Positions 18,040-27,645 are shown, counted from the stretch's first letter. The stretch: 64,000 bases of DNA from Actinomycetes bacterium (GCA_031362415.1 JANLSK010000056.1:24814-88813); one strand, 5' to 3'. A program made the numbers and translations. The notes: generated from the sequence alone by a model not told the origin.

Positions 18040-18906
18040 ATGGAAGCTGCCGACGTCCTGCTCATCGCCATCCCCGTGGTGATCATCCTCGCCGCCGTGG
18101 TGCTCATCGCCACGAGCCGTCGCCGTGACACCGGTGCCACCCTGCACGCCGAGGCCCGCCGTCGCGACCGTCGTAAGCCGGCCTACGCGCCCGGAACGAT
18201 GAGCGAGTCCGACGTGACCGCGGCTGCTCGCGACCGTTCCGACGCTTCGCGAGAGCTCGTCTCCGCCGCCGCCGGCACCGTGGCCACCCGAGGTACGGCT
18301 CTGGCCCGGCGCGACCCCGACGAGGTCGCGGTGAGCCGGCGTCAGTTCTTCAACCGGGGCATCGTGGGCATGATGGGCCTCGGCCTGGGCGGCTTCGGCG
18401 CCGCCTCGGTGGCGTTTCTCTGGCCGGGTCTTTCGGTGGGAGGATTCGGTTCGCAGGTGAAGACGCCGCTGTCGCTCGACGACATCAAGGCCGAGATCCT
18501 CGGCAAGCGGGCGCCGTTCTATGTGCCTGAGGCCCGCTCCTACCTTGTGATCTACCCCCAGGACGCCGAGACCATCGAAGCGGCCCGGGCCGTCTACAAG
18601 CCCCGGATCGTCGAGAGCATGGAGCAGCTCGGCATCGCCGCGCTGTACCAGAAGTGCGTCCACCTGGGCTGTCGGGTGCCGTGGTGCGCGTCGTCGCAGT
18701 GGTTCGAATGCCCGTGCCACGGCTCGAAGTACAACAAGGTCGGTGAAAAGCGCGGCGGACCGGCGCCTCGCGGACTCGACCACTGGCCCGTCGAGCTCAA
18801 CGACGACGGCACGGTCACCATCGACACCGGCGGCGCGGTGTTCATTGGTCCGGTGATCGGCACCGACACCATCGCCCAGCAAGCCGAGGGTCCGCCGTGC
18901 GTGTGA
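18040..18906 (+). CDS. qcrA: Rieske [2Fe-2S] subunit
   Basis: Cluster boxes are CVHLGCRV and CPCHGSKY. A twin-arginine-like SRRQFFNRG precedes a TM helix, and there is an extra N-terminal TM helix. ATG 18040 follows an SD GAGGAG. Confidence 0.9.
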   Translation: MEAADVLLIAIPVVIILAAVVLIATSRRRDTGATLHAEARRRDRRKPAYAPGTMSESDVTAAARDRSDASRELVSAAAGTVATRGTALARRDPDEVAVSRRQFFNRGIVGMMGLGLGGFGAASVAFLWPGLSVGGFGSQVKTPLSLDDIKAEILGKRAPFYVPEARSYLVIYPQDAETIEAARAVYKPRIVESMEQLGIAALYQKCVHLGCRVPWCASSQWFECPCHGSKYNKVGEKRGGPAPRGLDHWPVELNDDGTVTIDTGGAVFIGPVIGTDTIAQQAEGPPCV

Positions 18907-18946
18907 ACCCCGTAGCCCGTCGCCAACCCGTCACCCCGAGGCCACC

Positions 18947-19999
18947 GTGCTCAAGACCACGCTGATCGTCCTCAACATCGTCGTCGTCGTCGGCCTCATC
19001 GGCGTGATCGTCGGCGCGTCGGTGGCCAAGTCCAAGCGCACCACCACCCCGGCCAACCTGGCGCCGCACTACGCCGACGACGTGCTCGAGAATCAGCACC
19101 TCTCGCGGGTGCTGGGCTGGGCGCTGCTGATGGTGGCCATCGTGGCCATTGCGCTGCCCGCCTACTGGTTGCTGATCCCCGAGATCCAGTCGCGCCACAG
19201 CGACGCCTTCGGCGAGCGGGCCGTGGCCCAGGGCGCAGCGGCGTTCCAGTCGACTGAGATCGACCCCCTGGCCTTGGGCTGCGCCGACTGCCACGGCGCC
19301 AAAGGCGAGGGCGGGGCGGCCACGTACGTGTACGACGATCCGATCACCGACCGCAAGTACAGCTTGGCCTGGCAGGCGCCGCCGCTCGACACCGTGATGC
19401 TGCGCTTTCCCCGTGAGCAGGTGGCCAACCTCATCATCTACGGCCGCCCGGGATCGCCCATGCCCGCCTGGGGAATCGAAGGCGGAGGGCCGGTCAACAC
19501 CCAGGGCGTCGAAGACCTGCTGGCGTTCATCGACTCGATCCAGATCACGCCGGCCGCGGCCCAGGCCCGGGCTCTCGAACAGCTCGAGACGGCCCGGAAG
19601 GCCAACCCCGATGCCAGCGACGGCGAGCTGTTGTTCAACCTCAACTGCGCGCGCTGCCACACCCAGGGCTGGTCGATTGCGGCGGCGTACGCCAGCGCGA
19701 GTCAGCCCGACGGTCAAGGGGGTGCCGGCCAGCCCTTGCCCATGATTCCCGGGGGCGGGGCCTACGGTCCGTCCCTGCTCGACGGTCGGGTCGTGCGCCA
19801 GTTCCCTGCTGTCGAAGACCACGTGAGCTTCATCGAGAGCGGTTCGGAGTTCCAGGTGGGTTACGGCGTGCGGGGCATCGGCTCGGGCGGCATGCCCGGG
19901 TATGCCGATCTGCTCACCGAGGAGCAGATCGCCGCCATCGTCGAGTACGAGCGCACGTTGACCACACCGGCCGACGCCTCCGCGGAGGCCGGCGCATGA
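18947..19999 (+). CDS. Membrane-anchored dihaem cytochrome c (QcrC-like)
   Basis: Two CxxCH motifs (CADCHG, CARCHT) with candidate Met ligands (SPMPAWG, GGMPGY). There are two N-terminal TM helices and a GTG start. Confidence 0.85.
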   Translation: MLKTTLIVLNIVVVVGLIGVIVGASVAKSKRTTTPANLAPHYADDVLENQHLSRVLGWALLMVAIVAIALPAYWLLIPEIQSRHSDAFGERAVAQGAAAFQSTEIDPLALGCADCHGAKGEGGAATYVYDDPITDRKYSLAWQAPPLDTVMLRFPREQVANLIIYGRPGSPMPAWGIEGGGPVNTQGVEDLLAFIDSIQITPAAAQARALEQLETARKANPDASDGELLFNLNCARCHTQGWSIAAAYASASQPDGQGGAGQPLPMIPGGGAYGPSLLDGRVVRQFPAVEDHVSFIESGSEFQVGYGVRGIGSGGMPGYADLLTEEQIAAIVEYERTLTTPADASAEAGA

Positions 20000-20078
20000 C
20001 CTCCACCGCCAGGGTCCGAGACCACCACATCTCCTGTATACCCAGCTACCTCAGCAACCTCAGCCGGACGGTGATCCT

Positions 20079-20885
20079 GTGAGCATCTCCGCGATCTTGG
20101 CCCAAGCCCACGGCGGCGGGGGCGACGGCTTGTGGGACCCCAAGATCAAGGGGTACCTCACCGTCATCATGGCGGTCGGGCTGTTCTGCGGCTCGGTGTA
20201 CCTCCTCATGTGGACCAACATGGGCTCGTCGCAGGCCTTCCTCATTGCCTCCTCGGCCATCTTCGGCATCATGATGATCCTCTCGAGCCTGTGGGTCACC
20301 GGCCAGTTCCACCAGGCGTACAAGGGGCGGCAGCCTTCCTGGAAGCTCGAGGAGATCCTCCCTGCCGGAGCGGCCTACGCCGACTCGAGCGTGGGCCAGA
20401 TCGCCAACCTCGACCCCGTGGCATCGAAGGCCACCGCCCTCGACGCCGGCCAGATCCGGCCCGACCTCGAGTCGATCATCGCCGGCGACGACGCCGACGA
20501 GGCCGTCAAGCTCTTCACCAAGGTCGAGGACTTCGAGGTCGTCACCACCTACAAGGTGGGCGGCGAGCGCAAGATGCCCATCTGGTGGTCGAACAAGCCG
20601 GCGTTCGCCGCCATCGAGGTGTGCACCCACACCGTGAAGGCGCCCGACTTCGACGTCGTCAACGACGTGTTCCGGCCCGAGTGCGATCCCACGATCCCCA
20701 ACCAGGTCGTGATCCTCTATCGTGACCTCGGCTCCGATCGCCTCTGGTCGGGGATGGTGTTCTTCGCCTCCAGCCTCATGTTCGGCGGAACCCTGTACCT
20801 GCTCTACGTCCTCGAGATCCGCCAGCGTCAGCAGAAGGCGGCCCTGGTGCTCGCCTCCTCCGACGCCGCGCCCGCCAAGGTCTAG
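20079..20885 (+). CDS. Hypothetical 3-TM membrane protein with a ~150-aa extracytoplasmic domain
   Basis: Same strand, 79 bp after the cytochrome c gene. It has high GC3 and clear TM segments. No family was recognised. Confidence 0.6.
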   Translation: MSISAILAQAHGGGGDGLWDPKIKGYLTVIMAVGLFCGSVYLLMWTNMGSSQAFLIASSAIFGIMMILSSLWVTGQFHQAYKGRQPSWKLEEILPAGAAYADSSVGQIANLDPVASKATALDAGQIRPDLESIIAGDDADEAVKLFTKVEDFEVVTTYKVGGERKMPIWWSNKPAFAAIEVCTHTVKAPDFDVVNDVFRPECDPTIPNQVVILYRDLGSDRLWSGMVFFASSLMFGGTLYLLYVLEIRQRQQKAALVLASSDAAPAKV

Positions 20886-20894
20886 GAGATCCCG

Positions 20895-21131
20895 ATGCGC
20901 AGCCGCTTCCGCTCGCTCCTGGCCCTCGTCGTGCTCGTGATGGCGTTCGTGGTCTCGTTCGCCTCGCCGGCCATGGCGGAGACCAAGCCCCAGCTCATCG
21001 ACGGCTCCGAAGACGGCGCACTGGCCTTCGTGGCCTTCGCCGCCATGTGCATGGTCTTCATAGGCCTGCTCTTCGCAGTCGACAAGGTCCGCCAGCGGGC
21101 CGAGGACGAGCGCGACAAGAAGGACGCCTAA
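20895..21131 (+). CDS. Small secreted/membrane protein (signal peptide plus C-terminal TM helix)
   Basis: 78 aa with a cleavable-looking signal (FASPAMAE), the TM helix LAFVAFAAMCMVFIGLLFAV and a basic tail. It lies 9 bp after the previous gene. Confidence 0.55.
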   Translation: MRSRFRSLLALVVLVMAFVVSFASPAMAETKPQLIDGSEDGALAFVAFAAMCMVFIGLLFAVDKVRQRAEDERDKKDA

Positions 21132-21157
21132 GCCGTCGGCGTTCCCGCCGCAACGGC
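21132..21157. terminator. Candidate bidirectional hairpin terminator filling the convergent gap
   Basis: gccgtcggcg-ttcc-cgccgcaacggc folds to a ~9-bp stem with a 2-nt bulge. It occupies exactly the 26 bp between the stops of the small protein gene and hemL. Confidence 0.4.
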
Positions 21158-22438
21158 CTACAGGCTGTCGGCCACCTCGGTGGCGGCGGCCAGCGTGAGG
21201 TCGATGTCGGCGTCGGTGTGGGCCAGGCTCACGAACAGGGTCTCGAAGGCACTCGGCGCGAAGTACACGCCTCGATCGAGCATCCCGTGGAAGAACCGGC
21301 CGTAGCGCTCGGCGTCGGCGCCTTGGGCCTGGCCGTAGTCGGCCACCGGTGCGTCGGCGAAGAACAGCCCGGTGAGCGTGGTGACCCGGGGCACCTGCAC
21401 CGCCAGCCCGGCCGCGGTGAGCGCGCTCCTCAGACCATCGGCGAACCGGCGCGCCGACGCCTCGAGGCGGGTGTAGGACGCGTCGTCGAGCTCGGCCAGC
21501 ACGGCCAGGCCCGCGGCCGTCGCCAACGGATTCCCCGACAGCGTGCCCGCCTGGTACACGGGGCCCTGCGGAGCAAGACAGCCCATCACGTCGGCGCGGC
21601 CGCCGAACGCGGCCAGCGGGAGCCCGCCGCCCGCCACCTTGCCGAAGCACGACAGGTCGGGCGCAACGGCGAACAGGCCCTGGGCCCCGCCGAGCGCGAC
21701 GCGAAACCCCGTGATCACCTCGTCGAAGATCAACAGCGTCCCGGTGCTGGTGCACAGCTCACGCAGATGGGCGAGGAACCCGTCGGCCGCAGGCACCAGG
21801 CCCATGTTCCCGGGCACCGGCTCCACGATCAACGCTGCGATCCTCGTGCCGTGAGCCGCCCACACGGCGTCGACGGCCGCCACGTCGTTCCACGGCACCA
21901 CCAGCGTGTCGCCCACCGCGGCTGCCGGCACTCCGGCCGTCGACGGGAGACCGAAGGTGGCGATCCCCGAGCCCGCTGCGGCCAGGAGGGCGTCGGCGTG
22001 GCCGTGGTAGCAGCCGGCGAACTTCACGATGGCGTCTCGCCCGGTGAAGCCCCGGGCCAGTCGCAGCGCCGACATGGTGGCTTCGGTGCCTGACGACACC
22101 AGCCGCACCCGTTCCATCGACGACACCCGCTCGGCGATGGCCTCGGCGAGCATCACCTCGCGCTCGGTCGGGGCGCCGAACGACGTGCCGTCGACGGCGG
22201 CACGGGTCACGGCCTCCACCACGGCCGGATGGGCGTGGCCCAGGATCGACGCGCCCCACGACTGCACGTAGTCGACGAGCCGGCGCCCGTCGGCCGTCTC
22301 CAGGTACGCCCCGGAACCCCTGGCCACGAAGAACGGCTCACCGCCGACGCCACCGAAGGCCCGCACGGGCGAGTTCACGCCGCCGGGGATGATGCGCTGG
22401 GCGCGTTCGAACAACTCGTGCGACCGGGGATCGGTCAT
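21158..22438 (-). CDS. hemL: Glutamate-1-semialdehyde 2,1-aminomutase
   Basis: [21 protein letters not shown] and the class-III aminotransferase body. ATG 22438 was chosen; the ORF extends further upstream. Confidence 0.9.
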   Translation of the reverse strand: MTDPRSHELFERAQRIIPGGVNSPVRAFGGVGGEPFFVARGSGAYLETADGRRLVDYVQSWGASILGHAHPAVVEAVTRAAVDGTSFGAPTEREVMLAEAIAERVSSMERVRLVSSGTEATMSALRLARGFTGRDAIVKFAGCYHGHADALLAAAGSGIATFGLPSTAGVPAAAVGDTLVVPWNDVAAVDAVWAAHGTRIAALIVEPVPGNMGLVPAADGFLAHLRELCTSTGTLLIFDEVITGFRVALGGAQGLFAVAPDLSCFGKVAGGGLPLAAFGGRADVMGCLAPQGPVYQAGTLSGNPLATAAGLAVLAELDDASYTRLEASARRFADGLRSALTAAGLAVQVPRVTTLTGLFFADAPVADYGQAQGADAERYGRFFHGMLDRGVYFAPSAFETLFVSLAHTDADIDLTLAAATEVADSL

Positions 22439-22475
22439 CGGGTCAGGTCCATGGCGGTCTCGGTGGATTCGGTGG

Positions 22476-23456
22476 TCATCCGTTGAGCTCCTCGGCGATC
22501 TCGCGGGCCAGGTAGGTGAGGATGATGTCGGCGCCGGCCCGCTTGATGGAGACCAGGTGCTCCCAGGCAACCTGGTGCCCGTCGATCCAGCCGTTGGCGG
22601 CCGCCGCCTTGAGCATCGAGTACTCGCCGCTCACGTGGTAGGCGGCCAGGGGGACGTTGACGACCGAGCGCACCTCGGCGATGACGTCGAGATACGACAG
22701 GGCCGGCTTGACCATCACCATGTCGGCGCCCTCGTCGATGTCGAGCAGCACCTCGTCGATGGCTTCGCGGGCGTTGGCGGGGTCCATCTGGTAGCCCCGG
22801 CGATCGCCGAATTGCGGGGCGCACTCGCCGGCGTCGCGGAACGGGCCGTACTCGGCCGAGGCGTACTTGACCGCGTACGACAGCACGAGGCGGTCGTCGA
22901 AGCCGGCATCGTCGAGCGCTCCCCGGATGGCGCCGACCATCCCGTCCATCATGCCCGAGGGGGCGATGACGTCGGCCCCGGCGGTGGCCTGGGCCACACA
23001 GATCGAGCGGAGGCGGTCGAGGGTGGCGTCGTTGTCGACCTCGCCGGCGGCGGTGAGGATGCCACAGTGCCCGTGGTCGGTGTACTCGTCGAGGCAGGTG
23101 TCGACCATGAGCACGAGCGAGTCGCCCACCTCGTCGCGCAGGTTCCGCAGCGCCACCTGCACGACCCCGACACCATCGACGGCCGCCGAACCCCGCCCGT
23201 CCTTGGCCGCGGGGATACCGAAGAGGATGACGGCCGGCACCCCGAGATCGCACAGGGCTCGCACCTCCTTGCGGAGGCTCTCCTGGGTGTGCTGCACCAC
23301 CCCGGGCATCGAGAGGATGGGCTCGGGCCCGGTGAGGCCCTCCTTCACGAAGAGGGGAGCGACGAGATCGTCGACCCTCACCGAGTGCTCGGCGACGAGG
23401 CGGCGCAACGCCGGGGTGCGCCGGAGCCGGCGGAGACGGCGGGTGGGGAAGGTCAT
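22476..23456 (-). CDS. hemB: Porphobilinogen synthase (delta-aminolevulinate dehydratase)
   Basis: [15 protein letters not shown] at the N-terminus, followed by [11 protein letters not shown] and [11 protein letters not shown]. Confidence 0.9.
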   Translation of the reverse strand: MTFPTRRLRRLRRTPALRRLVAEHSVRVDDLVAPLFVKEGLTGPEPILSMPGVVQHTQESLRKEVRALCDLGVPAVILFGIPAAKDGRGSAAVDGVGVVQVALRNLRDEVGDSLVLMVDTCLDEYTDHGHCGILTAAGEVDNDATLDRLRSICVAQATAGADVIAPSGMMDGMVGAIRGALDDAGFDDRLVLSYAVKYASAEYGPFRDAGECAPQFGDRRGYQMDPANAREAIDEVLLDIDEGADMVMVKPALSYLDVIAEVRSVVNVPLAAYHVSGEYSMLKAAAANGWIDGHQVAWEHLVSIKRAGADIILTYLAREIAEELNG

Positions 23457-23460
23457 GGCG

Positions 23461-24603
23461 TCATCGTAACGGCCGGGCCCTCGGACCCAGGAGGCCGACC
23501 GCGGCGGCGACGACCCCGGGAATCGTGTGCGGATCGGCCTCCACGGCCACGGTGAGGCCGGCGTGGCGGGCCGCGGTCGAGGTGATCGGCCCGATCGTCA
23601 CGATCGGCGGGTGCGGACTCGGGAGGGAGCCGCCCAGGGCCGTCGCGACCACCTGGCACCAGCCAGTGACCGTGGAGGCCGAGGTGAACGTGACGGCGTC
23701 GACGGCACCGGTGCTCGACAACGCCTCGACGGCCTCGGGCGACGGTCGCGCGGCGGTGGTCTGATACACGGGCAGCACCTCCACCGAGTAGCCCAGGCGG
23801 GCCAGACCCTCGGGCAGCACGTCGCGAGCCACGAGCGCCCGAGCGATGAGCACCCTCGGTGCGCCCGGGTCGGCGGTGTCGCCTGGGCCGGCGGTGTCGG
23901 CGGTGTCGGCGGGGTCAGTAGGGTCCTCGGGGCCGCCGGCACCCGTGGGGCCCGTGGGGCCCGTGGGGCCAGGGGTGCCGGCGGACTGAGCAGGAGGGAA
24001 GGCCGCCAGCAGGGCCTCGGCCACGAACCGCTCGGGGACCAGATCGGCGCCGACACCGTGCCGGGCGAGCGCCCTCGCGGTTCCCGGACCGATGACGGCG
24101 ATCCGGCAGCCGGCGAGAGCCCGGGCATCGCGGCCTTGGCCCTCGAGCCCGATCGAGAAGAACCGCTCGACGCCGTTGGGCGAGGTGAAGATGATCCAGG
24201 CGTACTCGGCCAGGTCGGCCGGGACGACGAAGTCGATGTCCGAGACGACGATCGTGGGAACCACCAGCGTCGAGGCGCCCAGCCCGGTCAGCGCCCTCAC
24301 CAGCTCCGACGCCTGATCGCTCGACCGTGTCACGGCGATCACGCGCCCGTACAGCGGCCAGCGGCCCAACAGCGCGTCGTCGACCAGGAGACCGTGGGAA
24401 TCGTCGGTGGTGTCCGGGGTGCCAGGGGTCCCAGGGGTCCCGGGGGTGCCGGCCCGTCCCGTGAGTTCCCGTCCCGCGTGTGCCCGCCGGACGACGACCG
24501 TCCGACCGAGATCGTGGAGCCGACGGGCGTGCACGGCCCAGGGCCCGGGTTGGCGGGGATCGCCCGGGGCCTCCACCTCGACCTTGACGGGCGGCTCGGT
24601 CAC
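23461..24603 (-). CDS. hemD: Uroporphyrinogen-III synthase with N-terminal extension and low-complexity inserts
   Basis: HemD body motifs are RVIAVTRSSDQ, IIFTSPNGV, IAVIGPGTARAL and VTFTSASTV. GTG 24603 overlaps the hemC stop (GTGA). Inserts are GTPGTPGTPGTP and GPTGPTGPTG (9-bp repeat at 23942-23968). A TTG start at 24369 is the alternative. Confidence 0.75.
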   Translation of the reverse strand: MTEPPVKVEVEAPGDPRQPGPWAVHARRLHDLGRTVVVRRAHAGRELTGRAGTPGTPGTPGTPDTTDDSHGLLVDDALLGRWPLYGRVIAVTRSSDQASELVRALTGLGASTLVVPTIVVSDIDFVVPADLAEYAWIIFTSPNGVERFFSIGLEGQGRDARALAGCRIAVIGPGTARALARHGVGADLVPERFVAEALLAAFPPAQSAGTPGPTGPTGPTGAGGPEDPTDPADTADTAGPGDTADPGAPRVLIARALVARDVLPEGLARLGYSVEVLPVYQTTAARPSPEAVEALSSTGAVDAVTFTSASTVTGWCQVVATALGGSLPSPHPPIVTIGPITSTAARHAGLTVAVEADPHTIPGVVAAAVGLLGPRARPLR

Positions 24604-25505
24604 TGACCGGAGGCCGCCAGCGCCGCGTCGGCCTGCACGGTCGCGGCCACCGCCCGGCCCGCCTCGCTGGGCACGAGCGCTGCAGCGCGTCGGCGTACCA
24701 CCCACGATCCGTCGTGCGCGGCCAGGAGCGCCTCGATCAGGACCCGGCCCGAGCCCGTGGGATCGAGCACGGCCAGGGCCCCGCACGGCAGATCGCACCC
24801 GCCCCCCAGTTCGGCGAGGAAGGCCCGCTCGGCGGTGACCGCGGCCCGGGCGTCGGGCCGGTCGATCGCGCTGCACCATTCCACGGTCTGCTCATCGTCG
24901 CGGCGGCATTCGACGGCGACAGCGCCCTGGCCCACCTGCGGGAGCATCACCGACGGCTCGAGCAACTCGGTGAGATGCTCACTCCAGCCCAGACGGATGA
25001 ACGCCGCCGCGGCCACGACGACAGCGTCGAAGTCGGCGGCCCGGGCCAGGCGGGCGGCCATGTTTCCTCGCAGCTCGTGGAACACGATGTCGGGCCTGAT
25101 CGCGGCGAGCTGAGCGCGCCGGCGCACCGAACCCGTGGCGACCGTCCCACCATGAGGGATGTCGTCGAGGGTCGAGCCCACGAGGGCGTCCCTCACGTCC
25201 TCACGCTCGGGCACGGCGCCCAGCACCAGCCCCGGTGCCAGATGTGACGGCAGGTCCTTGGCTGAGTGCACGGCCACGTCGGCTCGGCCGTCGAGCAGGG
25301 CTTCCTCGACCTCCTTGGCGAACACACCGGTCCCGCCCAGAGCCGAGATCGGGACGTCGGTGCTGCGGTCGCCGACGGTCGAGACCACGACCAGCTCGGT
25401 CTCGACGCCGCAGGTCTCGGTGAGCCGGCGGGCGACCAACCCGGCCTGCCACCGGGCCAACGGGCTCCCACGGGTGGCGATACGGACCCTCGGCGGGATG
25501 CTCAC
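24600..25505 (-). CDS. hemC: Hydroxymethylbilane synthase (porphobilinogen deaminase)
   Basis: Motifs are RIATRGSPLARWQA and DVAVHSAKDLP. GTG 25505 overlaps the hemA stop (GTGA). Confidence 0.9.
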   Translation of the reverse strand: MSIPPRVRIATRGSPLARWQAGLVARRLTETCGVETELVVVSTVGDRSTDVPISALGGTGVFAKEVEEALLDGRADVAVHSAKDLPSHLAPGLVLGAVPEREDVRDALVGSTLDDIPHGGTVATGSVRRRAQLAAIRPDIVFHELRGNMAARLARAADFDAVVVAAAAFIRLGWSEHLTELLEPSVMLPQVGQGAVAVECRRDDEQTVEWCSAIDRPDARAAVTAERAFLAELGGGCDLPCGALAVLDPTGSGRVLIEALLAAHDGSWVVRRRAAALVPSEAGRAVAATVQADAALAASGQ

Positions 25506-26758
25506 AGGTCGAACAGGGCCGTGAGCAGGTCGCGCCATGCGGCGTGGTCGTCAGCACTGGCGGCCTTCAGACGCATGGTGGGCTCGTGGAGCAGCTTGTT
25601 GACGATGCCCCTGGTCAAAGCCTCGATGGCCTCACGCGAGCGGGGGTCGAGCTCCGAGAACCGGTGGGCGTAGCGGTCGAGCTCGGCGAGGCGGATCTCC
25701 TCGGCCCGCTCGCGCAACGCCACCACGAGCGGAGCGGCTTCGCGGGCGACCCGATCTTCCCGAAAGCGGGCCAGCTCGTTGCCGATGATCTCGCGGGCCC
25801 GCGGAAGCTCGGCCCGGCGGGTGTCGAGGACCCGGTCGGCGTGCGACTCGAGATGGCTCATGTCGATGACGGTCACCCCGTCAACGCCCGCCGCGCCCGG
25901 ATCGACGTCGCGGGGCACGGCGATGTCGATGATCAGCAACGGACGAGACGGTCGTCCGGCCATGGCCGACGCGATGTCGTCGACGGTGACCACGAAGTCG
26001 GGCGCGCCGGTGGACGTGAGGAGCACGTCGGCCCGGGCGATCACCGATCGAAGCTGGTCGAGGCCGATCCCGCGGCCGCCGATCCGGGCGGCTAGCTCCA
26101 CGGCCCGCTCGGGGGATCGGTTGGCGACGGTGACCTCGCCGGCGGCCGCGTCGGCCAGCGCGGCGGCCATCCCCTCGCCCATCACGCCGGCCCCGACGAG
26201 CACGATGTTGGCGCCGGCGAGCGATCCGAGCAGGGATGAGGCCACGGCGACCGCGGTGGTCGAGATGGAGACCGAGCCCCGGCCGATGGCGGTTTCGGTG
26301 CGGATGCGCTTGCCCACCTCGACCGCGTGCCGGAACGTGCGCGAGAGGCTCTGGAGTGCCGTCCCCTCCCGCTCGGCCAGCAGCCATGCGTCGCGGACCT
26401 GACCGAGCACCTCCGACTCGCCGATGATCATCGAGTCGAGGCCGGCGGCCACGGCGAACAGGTGCGAGACCGCAGCGTCGTCGTGGTAGGTGTAGAGGTG
26501 CGAGGTGAGCGTGTTGGTGTCGCAGCCGGCCTGGGTGGCGAGGAACTCGACGGCGTCTTGCACCCCGGGATGGAACTTCGTACAGCGGGCGTACACCTCG
26601 GTCCGGTTGCACGTGGAGAGCACGACGGCCTCGGCCAGGTGCTCACGCTCGGCCAGGTCGTGGAGCGCCTTGGGCACGAGCGACGGGTTGATCGCCAGGC
26701 GCTCGAGCAGGTTGAGCGGTGCGCTGTTGTGATTGAGACCCACGACGACGAGCGACAT
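25502..26758 (-). CDS. hemA: Glutamyl-tRNA reductase
   Basis: Motifs are VVGLNHNSAPLNLLERL, LSTCNRTEVY and VGAGVMGE. Confidence 0.9.
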   Translation of the reverse strand: MSLVVVGLNHNSAPLNLLERLAINPSLVPKALHDLAEREHLAEAVVLSTCNRTEVYARCTKFHPGVQDAVEFLATQAGCDTNTLTSHLYTYHDDAAVSHLFAVAAGLDSMIIGESEVLGQVRDAWLLAEREGTALQSLSRTFRHAVEVGKRIRTETAIGRGSVSISTTAVAVASSLLGSLAGANIVLVGAGVMGEGMAAALADAAAGEVTVANRSPERAVELAARIGGRGIGLDQLRSVIARADVLLTSTGAPDFVVTVDDIASAMAGRPSRPLLIIDIAVPRDVDPGAAGVDGVTVIDMSHLESHADRVLDTRRAELPRAREIIGNELARFREDRVAREAAPLVVALRERAEEIRLAELDRYAHRFSELDPRSREAIEALTRGIVNKLLHEPTMRLKAASADDHAAWRDLLTALFDL

Positions 26759-26767
26759 GTCGGCTCC

Positions 26768-27517
26768 TCACCCCACCGCTTCGACGGTGGTGCCGACCGA
26801 GACGGAGGTGCCGACAGCGACGGTGGTGCCGACAGCGAAGCTGTCGAGGCGGCGCCGATGGTAGAAGGACAGGATCTGCAGTTCGATGGCCAGATCGACG
26901 TCACGCACCAGCACCTCGGCAGGCACGCTCAAGACGGTGGGCGCGAAGTTCAGGATCGACGTGACCCCGGCTCGCACGAGGCGGTCGGCCACCGATTGCG
27001 AGGCCGGTGCCGGCACGGCCAGGACGGCGATGGCCACGGCCCGCTCGTGAACGATCCGGTCGAGCTCGTCGAGATGCTCGATCGGCCGGTCGGCGACCAT
27101 GGTCCCCACCTTGGCGGGATCGCTGTCGAGCAGCGCGGCGATGCGAAAGCCTCGGGCCGAGAACCCGCCGTAGTTGGCCAGGGCCTGACCCAGGTTCCCG
27201 ATCCCGACGATGGCGACGGCCCAGTCGTTGGTGAGCCCCAGCTCCTGGGAGATCTGGTACAGGAGGAACTCGACGTCGTATCCGACACCGCGGGTGCCGT
27301 ACGAGCCGAGATAGCTGAGATCCTTGCGGACCTTGGCGGCGTTGACGCCAGCCAGCTCGGCGAGGCGATCGGAGGAGATGGTCGTCGTCTTGTGTTCGAC
27401 CGACGCCAGGAGCACACGGAAGTAGACGGGCAGCCGAGCGACGGTGGCCTCGGGGATTTTCCGACGGGTGCGCTCACCGGAGACCCGGCTGGCGAGGCCA
27501 CCTCGCTCCACGGTCAC
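26768..27517 (-). CDS. rex: Redox-sensing transcriptional repressor Rex
   Basis: Motifs are IPEATVARLPVYFR, SSDRLAELAGVNAAKVRKDLSYLGSYGTRGVGYDV and the Rossmann segment IVGIGNLGQALANY. It is the first gene of the hem operon, as in Streptomyces. Confidence 0.9.
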   Translation of the reverse strand: MTVERGGLASRVSGERTRRKIPEATVARLPVYFRVLLASVEHKTTTISSDRLAELAGVNAAKVRKDLSYLGSYGTRGVGYDVEFLLYQISQELGLTNDWAVAIVGIGNLGQALANYGGFSARGFRIAALLDSDPAKVGTMVADRPIEHLDELDRIVHERAVAIAVLAVPAPASQSVADRLVRAGVTSILNFAPTVLSVPAEVLVRDVDLAIELQILSFYHRRRLDSFAVGTTVAVGTSVSVGTTVEAVG

Positions 27518-27598
27518 GAACCAGCTCGGGTCCGGTCGGGGCAGTCGCCGACGTGTCGCTCCGGGTAACGGCTGACCATCGCCGAGATATTAGTGCGC

Positions 27599-27616
27599 TT
27601 GTGAATCGAATCCCAA
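27599..27616. promoter_or_regulatory. Candidate Rex operator upstream of rex (autoregulation)
   Basis: In TTGTGAATCGAATCCCAA the left half-site is perfect and the right half matches 5/7. It lies 82 bp upstream of the rex ATG and overlaps a plausible minus-strand promoter (TTGGGA-N18-TAATAT, -10 at 27592-27587). Confidence 0.45.
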
Positions 27617-27645
27617 GGCGGCTGGTATGGCGGCAAGCAGGGCCC

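Noticed and set aside
18701-18709. GGTTCGAAT, which resembles a tRNA T-arm.
   Set aside because: It lies inside the Rieske CDS, where it encodes QWFECP next to the cluster-binding box. No acceptor or anticodon stems surround it. I found no tRNA or rRNA anywhere in the window.
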